From assembly GCA_965203175.1 (NCBI GenBank), contig OZ241867.1, positions 32,001-96,000 on the forward strand: a stretch of 64,000 nt of DNA, in the 5' to 3' direction. The notes below the pieces were generated by a model. The model was not told where the DNA came from. It did no database searches and saw nothing but the letters and a program-made list of their open reading frames with translations. The position numbers and the translations under genes are program-made. Position 1 is the first letter of the stretch. Each line of letters begins with the position of its first letter. This document shows positions 28,416 through 38,939 of this stretch, in pieces. The DNA is from Candidatus Latescibacterota bacterium (lineage in GTDB: Bacteria > Latescibacterota > UBA2968 > UBA8231).

Positions 28416-29810
28416 TCATACAACGCTGAGGGCGCGGACCAACCGCTTGAACAGGTCGCCGCGCTCGGCGTAACTGGCAAACTGATCGAAGCTAGCGCAG
28501 GCCGGCGAAAGCAGCACCACGTCGCCAGATTGCGCTAGGTGGCGAGCGGTGTCCAAGGCTTTGGGTAGGTCGTGGCAATAGTGGACGATTGCGCTAGCGC
28601 CTACCTGTCGTAAAGCAGCGGCGATGCGCGGGGCTTCTTGACCGATGAGCAACGCAGCGCGGACATTGGCCTCGGCAATAGCAGTGCCCAAGGCGCTGAA
28701 GTCGGCCCCTTTTGAAGCGCCACCCGCAATCAGCAATAGGGGTGCATCAAAGGCTTGAATAGCAGCACAGGCAGCATCGACCGTCGTGGCCAGTGAATCG
28801 TTGCAATAGGTAACGCCGTCGCGCTCGGCAACGTATTCGAGACGGTGGGGAAGGCCTTCAAAGGTACGGAGGGCCTCGGCGAAATGGATCGCTGGCGCAC
28901 CAAAAGCCAACGCACCGGCTACGGCAGCAGCGACATTGCTCCAGTTGTGTTGGCCCCGGAGGGGAATGTCGGCCACCGGACAAACGGCGATTGGCTGCGC
29001 CCCAGGACAACAGGCCCACAACTGGCCGTCGGCAATCCACGCGCCCGGAATGCTCGGAGTGGTTGTGCTAAAGGACCAAAGGGCAGCTGGACTCTCGTCA
29101 GCAAAGGTTCGAGCCGTAGTACAGTCCCGATTGACAATGAGGATATCGCCAGGCGTTTGGTAGCGGCACACGGGCTTTTTGGCATCGACGTATTCGGCGC
29201 GGTTGGCGTGGTAGTCGAGGTGGTCCTCGGTGACTGAAAGAACCACGGCGATGTGAGGGCTTTGGTCGAGGTCTTGCAATTGGAAGCTAGACAGCTCTAG
29301 TACAACCCGGTCGGTCGCCTGCAACTCGTCAATGAATTCGAGCGGCGGCCGGCCGATGTTGCCGCCGCTGAACACCCGTGCCGACGGATCGGTTTCCAGC
29401 AAGGCGTGCAGCAGCGCGGTCGTAGTGCCCTTGCCCTTGGTGCCAGTAATGCCGAGCACCGGCGCGGGACATAGCTGTAAAAAGAGGCGCGTCTGGCTCG
29501 ATACTTCGACGCCGCAACACTGCGCCGCACACAGGCGCGGGTCCAGCGTCGGCAGACCTGGCGTGCGAAACAGTAAGTCGAAGTCGGTCAGGTCGTCGAG
29601 ATAGCCTTCGCCGATGCGCCATTGTTGCACGCCCTCCACTGGCGTGGCCGGGTCGCGGACGTCGCACACGGCAAAGGGAATCTGGCGCGCGTGGAGAAAG
29701 TGGGCCAGCGCGCGGTTTTCCACGCCGAGGCCGAGCAGGGCAATGCGCCGCTGGTGCAGATGTTGGGTCGCGCTTGACTCTTTGGGGCTGGAGGATTTCT
29801 TTAGCGCCAT
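28416..29810 (-). CDS. murD: UDP-N-acetylmuramoyl-L-alanine--D-glutamate ligase
   Basis: GITGTKGKGTT, GGNIG, LELSSFQL, DHLDYH, HRLE, NDSLATT, LLSPACASFDQF. Confidence 0.96.
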   Translation of the reverse strand: MALKKSSSPKESSATQHLHQRRIALLGLGVENRALAHFLHARQIPFAVCDVRDPATPVEGVQQWRIGEGYLDDLTDFDLLFRTPGLPTLDPRLCAAQCCGVEVSSQTRLFLQLCPAPVLGITGTKGKGTTTALLHALLETDPSARVFSGGNIGRPPLEFIDELQATDRVVLELSSFQLQDLDQSPHIAVVLSVTEDHLDYHANRAEYVDAKKPVCRYQTPGDILIVNRDCTTARTFADESPAALWSFSTTTPSIPGAWIADGQLWACCPGAQPIAVCPVADIPLRGQHNWSNVAAAVAGALAFGAPAIHFAEALRTFEGLPHRLEYVAERDGVTYCNDSLATTVDAACAAIQAFDAPLLLIAGGASKGADFSALGTAIAEANVRAALLIGQEAPRIAAALRQVGASAIVHYCHDLPKALDTARHLAQSGDVVLLSPACASFDQFASYAERGDLFKRLVRALSVV

Positions 29811-29858
29811 TGAAATCGCAATACGCGCTTTAATTAAATTAGATAGTGAGAAGGTGCT

Positions 29859-30236
29859 GTGGCTGTAACAATTATGCGTACGGTGCGGCCTAGTCCGCAA
29901 TGGCAAGACAGCTTGATCCGGCTAGAGAGCGGCCAGCGGGTCGTCATCGATGCCGAGGAAACTTGGTCGCCGGACATGCAAAACCAAATCGCTTGGTGCG
30001 GCGCCGATGGCGTGTACAATCTGCCTGCAGGCTCGGGCTACCTACTGCCGGGGGCCAATGTCGGCGCACTCGTGGCCCGCATTGGCGACGACGGGCCGAT
30101 CTTTGCCGTGGGCAGCCGCTGCGACTTTATCGCCGATGGCGCCGGCCTCCTAAATTTGGCCATGAACGAAAACCCGAGCTTCAACAACCAAGCCGGCAAA
30201 ATCGTCGCCCAAATCATCGTCTTTAGCCGACCATGA
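29859..30236 (+). CDS. Small beta-sandwich protein, possibly LecA/PA-IL-like
   Basis: WQDS.I.L..G, GALVARIG, FAVG, LNLAMNE pattern; stop overlaps the next ATG. Confidence 0.5.
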   Translation: MAVTIMRTVRPSPQWQDSLIRLESGQRVVIDAEETWSPDMQNQIAWCGADGVYNLPAGSGYLLPGANVGALVARIGDDGPIFAVGSRCDFIADGAGLLNLAMNENPSFNNQAGKIVAQIIVFSRP

Positions 30237-31270
30237 GCCTCGCCGGCAGCGCGGCGACCGCAGCCTATGTGCGCGCGGGTCATCCACCTGTCCGCGCGAT
30301 CGCTCCGCTCGCCGAAGGGGTCTGGCGCATCGAGGACGCAGACGGCCGCAAGGTCGTGGTCAAACATCAGCTCTTCGGCCGGCTGACGCAGGGCACGGCT
30401 TACGACCTGTTGGAGGTCGAGCGCGACGTGCTCGGCTTCTTGCACAGAGCGGGTTGTCCGGTGCCCGCCGTCCTCGGCGTGGACTCAGACGACCAATGCA
30501 TCTTCTTGCAATGGGTCGGCGATCACACCCTCGACGACGCCATTCAGGACGGGGACCGGGCGGCGACTATACAGGCCATACGCGGCCTGTGCGCCATTGA
30601 GAACACGTGCGCCCAACGCGCCGACCAGCTAGAGCCGAGAGTAGTGCCGAGTGCCAACCGCGCAGCCCTCGCCGCCGCTTGGGACGAGGCGGGAACGCGA
30701 GCGCATACTGGCATCGAACAGCTATGCAGCCGTCTCCAGCAGCCCTTGGAGGCTGGGATGCAACCACTGCTCGAAACCATGCACGATTGGCTAGCGGCGC
30801 GACCAGCCGCGCTGGGCAGCGTAGATTACAACGCGCGCAACGCAATTGTCGAGCCGGGGGGTACGCGCGTTTACTTCCTCGAATTTGCCAAAATTGGTTG
30901 GGACTGGACGGAACGGCGCTTGACGCAGTATACTTCAAGTATGGGCAGCGGCCGACAAGACGGGCGCATGCGCTCGCTACTGGACGCGTCCGCAGCGCGT
31001 TTGTACGCCGAGGAATCCGGGCGCAGCGACGGTGCGCGGGCGCTCGATTATCACCGTATCTTTTTTCTTTTAAACAGCGCGGCCCTGTTGTGCGCGGCCC
31101 TCGACGGCGAGCCGCACGCGCTGGCCCTGCGCCAACACTGGAAAAGGCCCCATGCGCGGCTGCGACAATGCGCGGCCATGCTGGCCCAAAGCCTGAGCAC
31201 AGACCCAAGCGCGGCCGAGTTCAGAAGCCGGTTGCAGTTTTGTTTGTCACCACGCGGAGGTACTCTATGA
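30233..31270 (+). CDS. Aminoglycoside-phosphotransferase/kinase-like protein
   Basis: VVVK, ERDVL, PVPAV, DYNARN catalytic-loop variant, LEF in place of the usual D-F/W motif. Confidence 0.65.
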   Translation: MSLAGSAATAAYVRAGHPPVRAIAPLAEGVWRIEDADGRKVVVKHQLFGRLTQGTAYDLLEVERDVLGFLHRAGCPVPAVLGVDSDDQCIFLQWVGDHTLDDAIQDGDRAATIQAIRGLCAIENTCAQRADQLEPRVVPSANRAALAAAWDEAGTRAHTGIEQLCSRLQQPLEAGMQPLLETMHDWLAARPAALGSVDYNARNAIVEPGGTRVYFLEFAKIGWDWTERRLTQYTSSMGSGRQDGRMRSLLDASAARLYAEESGRSDGARALDYHRIFFLLNSAALLCAALDGEPHALALRQHWKRPHARLRQCAAMLAQSLSTDPSAAEFRSRLQFCLSPRGGTL

Positions 31271-31533
31271 GCGAGTGGAACACTCTCGACTTCAAGCCCC
31301 GAGCCCGGGGCATGATCATCGGCGATATTCCCTGGCTGGCGCGCATAGCCGACAAGGCGCGGGCGCACCAGCAGCAACGCATCGGCGACTACGTATTCCC
31401 CTGACCGGCTGACCAGCGCTTCCTGGAGGAAGTGGAGCTAACAGCCGCAGCATTCGAGGAGATGGTAGCCTCGTCCGCAGACGACGATGCACTAATCGAA
31501 AAGATGAAAGCGCATCTAACTAGAAAGCGCTAG
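31267..31533 (+). CDS. DUF5069-like protein with in-frame TGA (putative selenocysteine at codon 46)
   Basis: MSEW...WLARIADKARA...IGDYVFP-TGA(31402-31404)-PADQRFLEEVELTAAAFEEMVASSADDDALIEKMKAHLTRKR-TAG; ATG overlaps the upstream stop, GGAGG RBS, readthrough stop ends 1 nt before the next ATG. Confidence 0.82.
31406..31447 (+). promoter_or_regulatory. SECIS-like stem-loop
   Basis: CGGCTG..AGC-GCTTCC-tgga-GGAAGT..GCT..CAGCCG; G-containing apical loop 19 nt after the UGA. Confidence 0.65.
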
Positions 31534-31534
31534 T

Positions 31535-32422
31535 ATGAGCACCTCAGCGCAAACAACGCGCACGCCAAGGCGGAGAGTGCGGGAGATGGAGGTGGAGATC
31601 GTCCACGTGCGCCGCGACACCCCAGACACCACTACGCTCTTTATGTCGGCTGGCGACGAGCCGATCGAATACGAGGCCGGCCACTTCTGCACCATTGATC
31701 CGCATCAGTTCGGCGAGTTGGAGCACTTCACCGCCTATTTAGAAGATCAAAAGGGGCAGCGGGAAAAGCCGCGGGCCTATTCTATGGCCTCGGCACCGCA
31801 CGAAGAGCACCTCGCCATCACCATCAAAGAAGAGCGCTATGAGAGCGGTGAGACGCCGTACCCACCGCTGCTATCGCCGCTGTTGACGTACTACATCCAC
31901 GAGGGCCGGCGGCTGGTCATCAGCGGTTTTACCGGGGCATATACCTTTCCCGCCGATGTCTGCGAGCGCGCCGAGCACATTGTCCACGTATGCGCTGGAA
32001 GCGGCATCGTGCCCAACAGGAGCCTGATCAAGGAGAGCCTACACCGCGACGACCCGCTCCGGCACACCTTGCTGTTTAGTAACAAGACGCGCGGCGACGT
32101 CATTTACTTCGAGGAATTCGAGGAGTTGCGGGCACAGTACCCCGACAAACTCGAAGTCATCCACTGCATCACCCGCGAAGACCCAAGCGGCATCCGCGGC
32201 GCCCGCCAAGGGCGCATCTCTGGGGAACTCTTGTGCGAAGTCGCGCCCGACCCCTCCAAAGTGATGGCCTATAGCTGCGGCCCGGGCATCACGCCTTACG
32301 AGCGCCGGGCGGCCCGGGCCAAGGGCGAGACTCCCGAGCCGCGCTTCGTCGAAAACATGGTCGCGCTCTTGCAGGAGCACGGGCTGGACAAGAAGCAAAT
32401 CCGGCAGGAAAGCTGGGGGTGA
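31535..32422 (+). CDS. Ferredoxin-NADP reductase-like FAD/NAD(P)-binding oxidoreductase
   Basis: RAYSMAS (RxYS), AGSGIVP, YSCGP, C-terminal ESW. Confidence 0.88.
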   Translation: MSTSAQTTRTPRRRVREMEVEIVHVRRDTPDTTTLFMSAGDEPIEYEAGHFCTIDPHQFGELEHFTAYLEDQKGQREKPRAYSMASAPHEEHLAITIKEERYESGETPYPPLLSPLLTYYIHEGRRLVISGFTGAYTFPADVCERAEHIVHVCAGSGIVPNRSLIKESLHRDDPLRHTLLFSNKTRGDVIYFEEFEELRAQYPDKLEVIHCITREDPSGIRGARQGRISGELLCEVAPDPSKVMAYSCGPGITPYERRAARAKGETPEPRFVENMVALLQEHGLDKKQIRQESWG

Positions 32423-33379
32423 ATGAAGTTAATCGTGCAGATTCCCTGCTTTGACGAAGAGCAGACCCTGCCCGCTGTAATCCGCGACATCCCGCGCCAA
32501 GTGCCCGGCATCGATCAAGTCGAAATTCTGGTCATCGACGACGGCTCCAGCGACCTCACCAGCGCGGTGGCGCGCGAGTGCGGCGCAGATCACGTAATCC
32601 GCTTCCCGCACAATCGAGGGCTGGGCCAAGCCTTTAAGGCTGGTTTTGACGAGTGCCTGCGGCTGGGTGCCGATATCATCGTCAACACTGACGGCGACAA
32701 CCAGTACTACGGCGGCGACATCGACAAGTTAGTCGCGCCTATCCTCGGCGGTCAGGCCGACATGGTCATTGGCGACCGGCAGACGCAGGCCATTGCCCAC
32801 TTCTCCGCCCTCAAGCGCTACCTACAGAGCTTGGGCAGCCGGGTGATTAGTCGCCTCGCCGGCCTACAGGTGCCGGATGTGGCCAGCGGCTTTCGCGCCT
32901 TTAGCCGCGAGTGCGCGCTCCAGCTTTCGACCCTTACCAATTTCGACCACACAGCCGAGCACGTGATCGAGGCTGGATACAAGAATTTGGCCGTGATTTC
33001 TGTCGAGGTCCGCACCAATCCCAAGACGCGTGAGTCGCGCCTCTTTTCCAACATCGGCAAGTTCGTCTTCAAATCCGGGGAGATCAGCTTGCGCACCTAT
33101 GCGCGCTACGCCGCGCTCAAGATATTCGCCCTGTGCGGCATCTTGACCTTTGCCGCGGGCTTTGGCCTCGGCGTGCGCTTTCTCTACTTTTTCTTTTTTA
33201 CTGACGAAGGAATGCTGCACGTGCAGTCGCTTATTTTGGCGGCGATTTTGCTGTTGGCCGGGTTTCAGATGTTTCTCACCGGCGTCATAGCCGATCTGAT
33301 CGCCACCAATCGGGATCTGCTCGAAGATACGTTGCAGCGAGTCAAGAAGTTGGAGTTGCGCGATGCGAATAAAAAATAA
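32423..33379 (+). CDS. Glycosyltransferase family 2 (DPM1-like) with C-terminal TM helices
   Basis: IPCFDEE, IDDGSSD, NRGLG, TDGDNQY, DVASGFRA. Confidence 0.92.
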   Translation: MKLIVQIPCFDEEQTLPAVIRDIPRQVPGIDQVEILVIDDGSSDLTSAVARECGADHVIRFPHNRGLGQAFKAGFDECLRLGADIIVNTDGDNQYYGGDIDKLVAPILGGQADMVIGDRQTQAIAHFSALKRYLQSLGSRVISRLAGLQVPDVASGFRAFSRECALQLSTLTNFDHTAEHVIEAGYKNLAVISVEVRTNPKTRESRLFSNIGKFVFKSGEISLRTYARYAALKIFALCGILTFAAGFGLGVRFLYFFFFTDEGMLHVQSLILAAILLLAGFQMFLTGVIADLIATNRDLLEDTLQRVKKLELRDANKK

Positions 33380-33385
33380 TTCCAC

Positions 33386-34333
33386 ATGAAAAAACCTGTG
33401 GTTTACATAGACGGCCAAGAGGGGACGACCGGGCTGCGCATTCGCCAGATGCTAGCCGGGCGCGAGGATGTGGAGGTGTTGCTCATTCCACCGGAACATC
33501 GCCGGGACCAGCGCGCGCGGGCCGAATTTCTCAACCGCGCGGACTTGTGCGTGCTCTGCCTGCCCGATGATGCGGCAGCCGAGGCTCTCGACCTGCTCGA
33601 AAACCCGCAGACCAAGGTCATCGACACCAGCACGGCGCGCCGGGTCCATTCCGAGTGGGTCTATGGCCTGCCAGAAATTTCACCCGCCCACAAAGAACAG
33701 ATTCGCCACGCGCAGAAAGTCGCCAATTGCGGCTGTTATCCCGTCGGCTTCATCCTCGCCGTGCGGCCCCTCATCTCGCAGGGGCTGCTCCTGCCAACCG
33801 CGCCACTGGCCATCAACGCGGTGTCTGGCTATTCCGGAGGGGGGCGGTCAATGATCGCCGAATACGAAGAAGGGGACGAACACAAGCCTTTCTGCCTGTA
33901 CGGCCTCGACGGCGCGCACAAGCACTTGCCCGAGATCTGGAAATTCAGCGGGTGCGAAAAGCAGCCGCTCTTTGTGCCGTCCGTCGATCGTTCGTTCTGC
34001 GGCATGGTCGTCAGCACGCCGGTACCCACGGAACTTTTCGCCCGCCCCCGCGTCAATCGCGAAGCCGTGTACGAAGTCTGGCGCGCGTACTACGCGGACT
34101 GTCCCTTTGTGAAGGTGGTCGCACCCCAAGCCGCTGTACTGCGCGACGACAAATTCCTCGACCTAACGGGATTGAGCCACACCAACTTCGTCGAGCTATC
34201 GGTCTGGGGCGACCCAGAGCAGGGATTGATTTTGGTAGGGCGGCTCGACAACCTCGGCAAAGGAGCGTCGGGCAATGCCGTGCAGTGCCTCAACTTGATG
34301 CTCGGTTGCGACGAGACCGCAGGACTGGTCTAG
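33386..34333 (+). CDS. argC: N-acetyl-gamma-glutamyl-phosphate reductase (type 2)
   Basis: IDGQEGTTG, ANCGCYP, SGYSGGG, LDNLGKGASG. Confidence 0.95.
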   Translation: MKKPVVYIDGQEGTTGLRIRQMLAGREDVEVLLIPPEHRRDQRARAEFLNRADLCVLCLPDDAAAEALDLLENPQTKVIDTSTARRVHSEWVYGLPEISPAHKEQIRHAQKVANCGCYPVGFILAVRPLISQGLLLPTAPLAINAVSGYSGGGRSMIAEYEEGDEHKPFCLYGLDGAHKHLPEIWKFSGCEKQPLFVPSVDRSFCGMVVSTPVPTELFARPRVNREAVYEVWRAYYADCPFVKVVAPQAAVLRDDKFLDLTGLSHTNFVELSVWGDPEQGLILVGRLDNLGKGASGNAVQCLNLMLGCDETAGLV

Positions 34334-35083
34334 ATGCTCGTCGATAGCCACTGTCATCTCGACCAATTCGCCGATGCCGACGCCGTGCTCGCGGCAGCCG
34401 CCCAAGCCGGGGTGGAACAGGTCGTCGCCGTCAGCGAAAGCGCCGATTCCATGCGCGCGGTGCTCGCGCTCAAGCGTCAGTACCCGAACCAAGTGCTGGC
34501 TGGGCTGGGTTTGCATCCAGCATGGGTCACCCAAGCCACAGACGTCGAGCTCGCAGACGCACTCGCCTATTTGGCCGCGCATCTGCCCGAAGCCGATGTT
34601 CTCGGCGAAGTCGGCCTCGACTACAAATGGGCGACTAGTCCAGAGCAGCAGGCCCAGCAGCAAGACGTCCTCACGCAGCAACTCGACTTAGCGGCTCAGT
34701 GCGGCAAGCCGATCAACCTGCACTCGCGCCGCGCCCAGCGGCAGACCCTGGAACGGGTCGTGGAATTTCGCCGCCATACTAAGCTCAATGCCCAACTTCA
34801 CTGGTTCACCCAGTCCAAAAAACTCGTGCGGATCTGTCGCGCAGAGCGAATCTACGTCTCCGTCGGTCCATCCGTCCTGTGCGATCCGCAGACCCAAGCC
34901 GTGGTCGCAGAAATCGACCGCGAGTTGCTGCTGTTGGAAACGGACGCGCCCGTGCCCATTGGCGGGGCTGCGGGCCATCCAGCGCGGGTGGCAGCAGTCG
35001 CCGCCAAACTAGCCCAACTCATCGGGTTCACCGAGGAGGAGGCCGCAGCCAATTGGGCGCGCTACTTGGGCAGGCCATCGTGA
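34334..35083 (+). CDS. tatD: TatD family hydrolase
   Basis: DSHCHL, GLHP, GEVGLD, LHSR, LLETDAP. Confidence 0.9.
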   Translation: MLVDSHCHLDQFADADAVLAAAAQAGVEQVVAVSESADSMRAVLALKRQYPNQVLAGLGLHPAWVTQATDVELADALAYLAAHLPEADVLGEVGLDYKWATSPEQQAQQQDVLTQQLDLAAQCGKPINLHSRRAQRQTLERVVEFRRHTKLNAQLHWFTQSKKLVRICRAERIYVSVGPSVLCDPQTQAVVAEIDRELLLLETDAPVPIGGAAGHPARVAAVAAKLAQLIGFTEEEAAANWARYLGRPS

Positions 35084-35166
35084 AAACACGGGAGGACATC
35101 AAGGGTGGCGGTTTTATCGATATTATGGGAAATACTATAAGCGCAATTAGGTAAACAGGAGGAACC

Positions 35167-36912
35167 ATGCCAACGAACATTTTTGCCCTTGCTTGTGCCC
35201 TCGTCTTTTGCGGGCTAGCAGGGCCAGCGAGTGCCCAAGGCCTAGGCAGCTTGGAAAGTCTGGTACGGGGCGAAGAGGTCAGACAACAGGCCCTTTCCGC
35301 GTCCGATCTACCGGACCTAAATCAGGATGTGATCTCTGATAAGGCGCGTCTGCCCGGCAGCTTAAGCGCGGATAAGACGCGCATCGGTCAGGATCGCGAT
35401 ATAGACCCAGACGCGTACATCGTCGGCCCTAACGACGTACTTCAGCTTTACATCTGGGGCGAATTTGACCAGCCTTACACCTTGCAGGTCAATCCAGAGG
35501 GCAATGTCCTCATCCCCACCGTCGGCTCGTTTCACATTTCGGGCCTATCGCTAACCGCGGCCAAAGAGCGCCTCTCGACCGCAGTCCAAAACAAATATCC
35601 CAACGTGGACATCAGCATCTCCCTCGTGAGTATGCGCTTCTTCACCGCGTACGTCACCGGCGCAGTGCTGAACGAGGGCAGCTTCACTATCCATCCGACT
35701 ACGCGGGTTTTAGATATAATCAAACAGGCTGGCGGCTTTGAGGGCCGATTGCAACGGGTCGCGTTGCCGGACCAAGATGCCGGTGGAGCCACGAACCGCA
35801 ACACGGGTCGGCGCTCCATCCAACTAATCCACCGCGACGGCACCAGCGAGCGCGTGGATCTCGACATGTTTCTCGCCACCGGCGACCTCGCGCATAATCC
35901 CTACGTGCGCATGGGCGACATGGTTCACGTCTCGTTTCGCAAGCATTCAGTGTCCATCTTCGGCGCGGTCAATAAAGAGGGCGAATACGAGTTCCTACCC
36001 GGGGATACCCTCGGCGACCTCGTGACATTGGCCAAGGGCTTGAACCGCTCCAAGCCGTTGGTCAGCGCCGAACTCTGGCGCTTTCAGGAAGGAACCGAGC
36101 AGGCCGAACTCATTGAGCTAGGCGGCACCAAAGAGACGCTGGAGGAACTGAACTACGAGACCATCCGCCACATTGAGCTGCGCCCCAACGACGCGATCTT
36201 TATCCGCGCGCAATCGCTGTGGCAGTCCACGCACACGGTCGTGATCTCTGGCGAGGTCCGGTTCCAAGGCCGCTACCGCATCGAACCCGGCGTTACCCGC
36301 ATCAAGGACGTAGTGGCCGCGGCCGGCGGCCTAACCGATGAGGCGTCTCTCATCGGTGCCCGAGTAATCCGCACCAAGGTCCGGGCCGAGAAAGACCCGC
36401 AGCTAGAGCAGCTAAAGAGACAGAGCGAGGTGGCGGGCCTCACCGACATGAACATTGAGGATCGGGCTTATCTCAAGACCAAAACCCGCGAAGAAAAGGG
36501 GCGGATCGCAGTCGATTTCGAGCGATTGTTTGTGGATGGCGACGAGGGGCAAAACATCTTGCTCGCCAACGGCGATGTGATCTTTTTCCCCCTGCAGCGG
36601 CACACCATCAACGTCAGTGGCCAAGTGCAGCGAGCCGGACTGATCGACTACGAGCCAGGCCGCAAAGTGCGCTACTACATAACCAAGGCCGGTGGGTACT
36701 TGTACGACGCTGACAGACGCCATGCCCGCCTAGTCCGAGCGCGCACGGGCGTCCGCGAGAAACTCAAAGACAACCTGCTAGTCGAGGTCGGCGACGAAAT
36801 ATGGGTACCCCAGAAGGAGCGCATCGATTACTGGGCACTCACCCGAGAGACTATTCCTACCGTCTTCAATATCCTGACCCTCGCGGCCTTGTTGAGGGGG
36901 GCTTTTTTCTAG
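35167..36912 (+). CDS. Polysaccharide export protein with multiple SLBB domains (Wza/KpsD-like)
   Basis: Signal peptide, YIVGPNDVL Poly_export motif, repeated V.G.V..G...AGG SLBB units. Confidence 0.88.
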   Translation: MPTNIFALACALVFCGLAGPASAQGLGSLESLVRGEEVRQQALSASDLPDLNQDVISDKARLPGSLSADKTRIGQDRDIDPDAYIVGPNDVLQLYIWGEFDQPYTLQVNPEGNVLIPTVGSFHISGLSLTAAKERLSTAVQNKYPNVDISISLVSMRFFTAYVTGAVLNEGSFTIHPTTRVLDIIKQAGGFEGRLQRVALPDQDAGGATNRNTGRRSIQLIHRDGTSERVDLDMFLATGDLAHNPYVRMGDMVHVSFRKHSVSIFGAVNKEGEYEFLPGDTLGDLVTLAKGLNRSKPLVSAELWRFQEGTEQAELIELGGTKETLEELNYETIRHIELRPNDAIFIRAQSLWQSTHTVVISGEVRFQGRYRIEPGVTRIKDVVAAAGGLTDEASLIGARVIRTKVRAEKDPQLEQLKRQSEVAGLTDMNIEDRAYLKTKTREEKGRIAVDFERLFVDGDEGQNILLANGDVIFFPLQRHTINVSGQVQRAGLIDYEPGRKVRYYITKAGGYLYDADRRHARLVRARTGVREKLKDNLLVEVGDEIWVPQKERIDYWALTRETIPTVFNILTLAALLRGAFF

Positions 36913-36938
36913 CATAAGAATCCCAGGGAGCACTCTTA

Positions 36939-38141
36939 ATGAATACCCAAAAAAAAGAAATCGACATCATCGATCTGCTAACGGCACTGCACGCGGGCCG
37001 ATGGCTGATCATCGGTGGCACCTTGGCCATCTGCGTCTTGGCCGGTGGCCTCAGCTTTCTCTTGCCAAAGGAATACGAGGCCACCGTGCAAATTCTGCCC
37101 CCCCAAGAGAAGAAGCAGAGTTTTGGTTTTTCCAGCATGCTCGCGTCCTTACCCATACCCGCCTTGCGCCTCGGGGAGAGGGGCACGCCATCTGACATTT
37201 CTCTCGCCACCATCAAGAGCGTGACGACGCGGCGGCGGATGGTCGAGAAATTCGGCTTGATGCAGCGCTACGAGGCTCGCACCCTGACCGACGCAATTGA
37301 GGTCCTCTCCGACAACACCACGGCCGCCATGACCGAAGAGGGCATGCTTGGAGTCTCAGTTCTAGACAAAGACCCGCAAACGGCTGCGGACATGGCCAAT
37401 TACTACATCGTCCTGCTCGATAGTACCAACAAGCGATTCGCGCACAAGACGGCCTCCGACCGCTTGGACTTTATCCGCGGGATTTTGCAAGAAGAAGATA
37501 AAAAGCTCGATGACAAGATGAAGCTGCTGGAGGAGTTCCAGTCCGAGCACAACGCCATCTCGATCGACGACCAAGCCCGCGCCGTGATCCTGACGGCCAC
37601 CTCAATGCAGACCGCCGCAATGGAACTCGAAATGAAGCGCCAACAACTCCTTGACTCGGGGCTCAGTCCCAACCACGATAAGGTCAAAAAGCTCGAGCGC
37701 GAAATCCTAATGCGTCAGGTGACCTTGGCTTTCTTGCGCGATGGCCGCAAGACCGCCGACAACACCATGCTGCAAAACGAATCGCTGCAACTAGAGCTAG
37801 ACGAAAACCTCTTCCTGCCGCTGAAGCAGATCCCGAGCGTGGCCCAAGAGTACGCAAACCTCGAAAAGGATGTACTCGTGCAGACGTCCCTTTTGCTGGT
37901 CCTACTGCAACAGGAGGCCCAAACCCTGATCGAGGCCAAGGACGCCACTTCGACCGTGCAGATACTCGACCCAGCCACACCACCCGAAATCAAGGCCAAG
38001 CCCCAGCGCGTGCTGATCGTATTTCTCGCCGGCTTACTCAGCCTCATCGCCTCCGTCTCCTATGTGCTGGGGGAGGTGTACATGCGGGGCCTTCAACAGC
38101 GCTGGCGCGAGCGGCACGAGACGACGCCTGAAGTTCTATGA
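36939..38141 (+). CDS. Polysaccharide chain-length determinant (Wzz/Wzc N-terminal, GNVR-like)
   Basis: [17 protein letters not shown], coiled coil, [10 protein letters not shown]...P, C-terminal TM; no kinase domain. Confidence 0.88.
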   Translation: MNTQKKEIDIIDLLTALHAGRWLIIGGTLAICVLAGGLSFLLPKEYEATVQILPPQEKKQSFGFSSMLASLPIPALRLGERGTPSDISLATIKSVTTRRRMVEKFGLMQRYEARTLTDAIEVLSDNTTAAMTEEGMLGVSVLDKDPQTAADMANYYIVLLDSTNKRFAHKTASDRLDFIRGILQEEDKKLDDKMKLLEEFQSEHNAISIDDQARAVILTATSMQTAAMELEMKRQQLLDSGLSPNHDKVKKLEREILMRQVTLAFLRDGRKTADNTMLQNESLQLELDENLFLPLKQIPSVAQEYANLEKDVLVQTSLLLVLLQQEAQTLIEAKDATSTVQILDPATPPEIKAKPQRVLIVFLAGLLSLIASVSYVLGEVYMRGLQQRWRERHETTPEVL

Positions 38142-38578
38142 CTATTCGAGTAAAAGTGATAAACAAGGGGGGTCAACCGCTGCCCACGTATGAGACGGAG
38201 CACAGCGCGGGCCTCGACTTGCGCGCCGCGCTATCAGAGGCAGTGGTCTTAGCGCCCGGCGAGCGCGGCCTCATTCCCACAGGCCTGTTCCTCGAAATCC
38301 CTCCAGGCTACGAAGCACAGGTCAGGCCGCGCAGTGGCTTGGCCCTCAAACGCGGCCTGACGCTGCTCAACGCCCCGGGCACAATCGACGCCGACTACCG
38401 GGGCGAAGTCGGCGTCATCATGATCAACCTTTCGGCCGAGGACCAGCCCATCGGCCCGGGCGAGCGCATCGCCCAGCTCATTTTCGCGCCGGTTACGCTC
38501 GGCGAGTGGGTCGAGGTCGAGACGCTCGCTAAAACGGAGCGCGGCAGCGGTGGCTTTGGCTCGACGGGGAGACGCTGA
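38138..38578 (+). CDS. dut: dUTP diphosphatase
   Basis: [36 protein letters not shown]. Confidence 0.98.
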   Translation: MTIRVKVINKGGQPLPTYETEHSAGLDLRAALSEAVVLAPGERGLIPTGLFLEIPPGYEAQVRPRSGLALKRGLTLLNAPGTIDADYRGEVGVIMINLSAEDQPIGPGERIAQLIFAPVTLGEWVEVETLAKTERGSGGFGSTGRR

Positions 38579-38600
38579 AATTATTCAAAAGTGAGTGAGA

Positions 38601-38645
38601 AAAAGAAAGGGCCGGTACTCTTGTTGGAGTACCGGCCCTTTGTGT
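38601..38645. terminator. Bidirectional intrinsic terminator between convergent dut and moaD-like genes
   Basis: 15-bp perfect stem AAAGGGCCGGTACTC-ttgttg-GAGTACCGGCCCTTT with A/T-rich flanks. Confidence 0.88.
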
Positions 38646-38663
38646 TGCATCCGTTACGGCTGA

Positions 38664-38933
38664 CTAACTCGCGCCCCCCGATATGGCCGGCAGAAAGTGG
38701 ACCTCGCTTTGCGGCCCCACCTTCGCCCTCAACCCGGCGGCGACCACTTCGCCATCTACTGCCACGGCAATCTCGGTCTTGATGCGATCGCCATCGAGAA
38801 CCCGCTCCTTGAAGCCAGGGTAGCGGGCGTCGAGCGCGGCAACGACCTCGCGCACGGTCGCGCCCTCTACCTCTACTTGCTGCTGGCCAGCAGTCAGCTT
38901 CTGCATCAGCGAGGGAATCCAAGCTACGGGCAT
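38664..38933 (-). CDS. MoaD/ThiS family sulfur-carrier protein
   Basis: GATVREVV..L...YP, AVDGE, PAISGG followed by AS. Confidence 0.88.
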   Translation of the reverse strand: MPVAWIPSLMQKLTAGQQQVEVEGATVREVVAALDARYPGFKERVLDGDRIKTEIAVAVDGEVVAAGLRAKVGPQSEVHFLPAISGGAS

Positions 38934-38939
38934 GATGGG

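Noticed and set aside
26469-31404. Treating the two TGA-interrupted genes as pseudogenes or as evidence of genetic code 4/25
   Set aside because: Both TGAs fall at Cys-type redox positions and are followed by hairpins, while many other genes in the window end normally at TGA, so global reassignment is unlikely.
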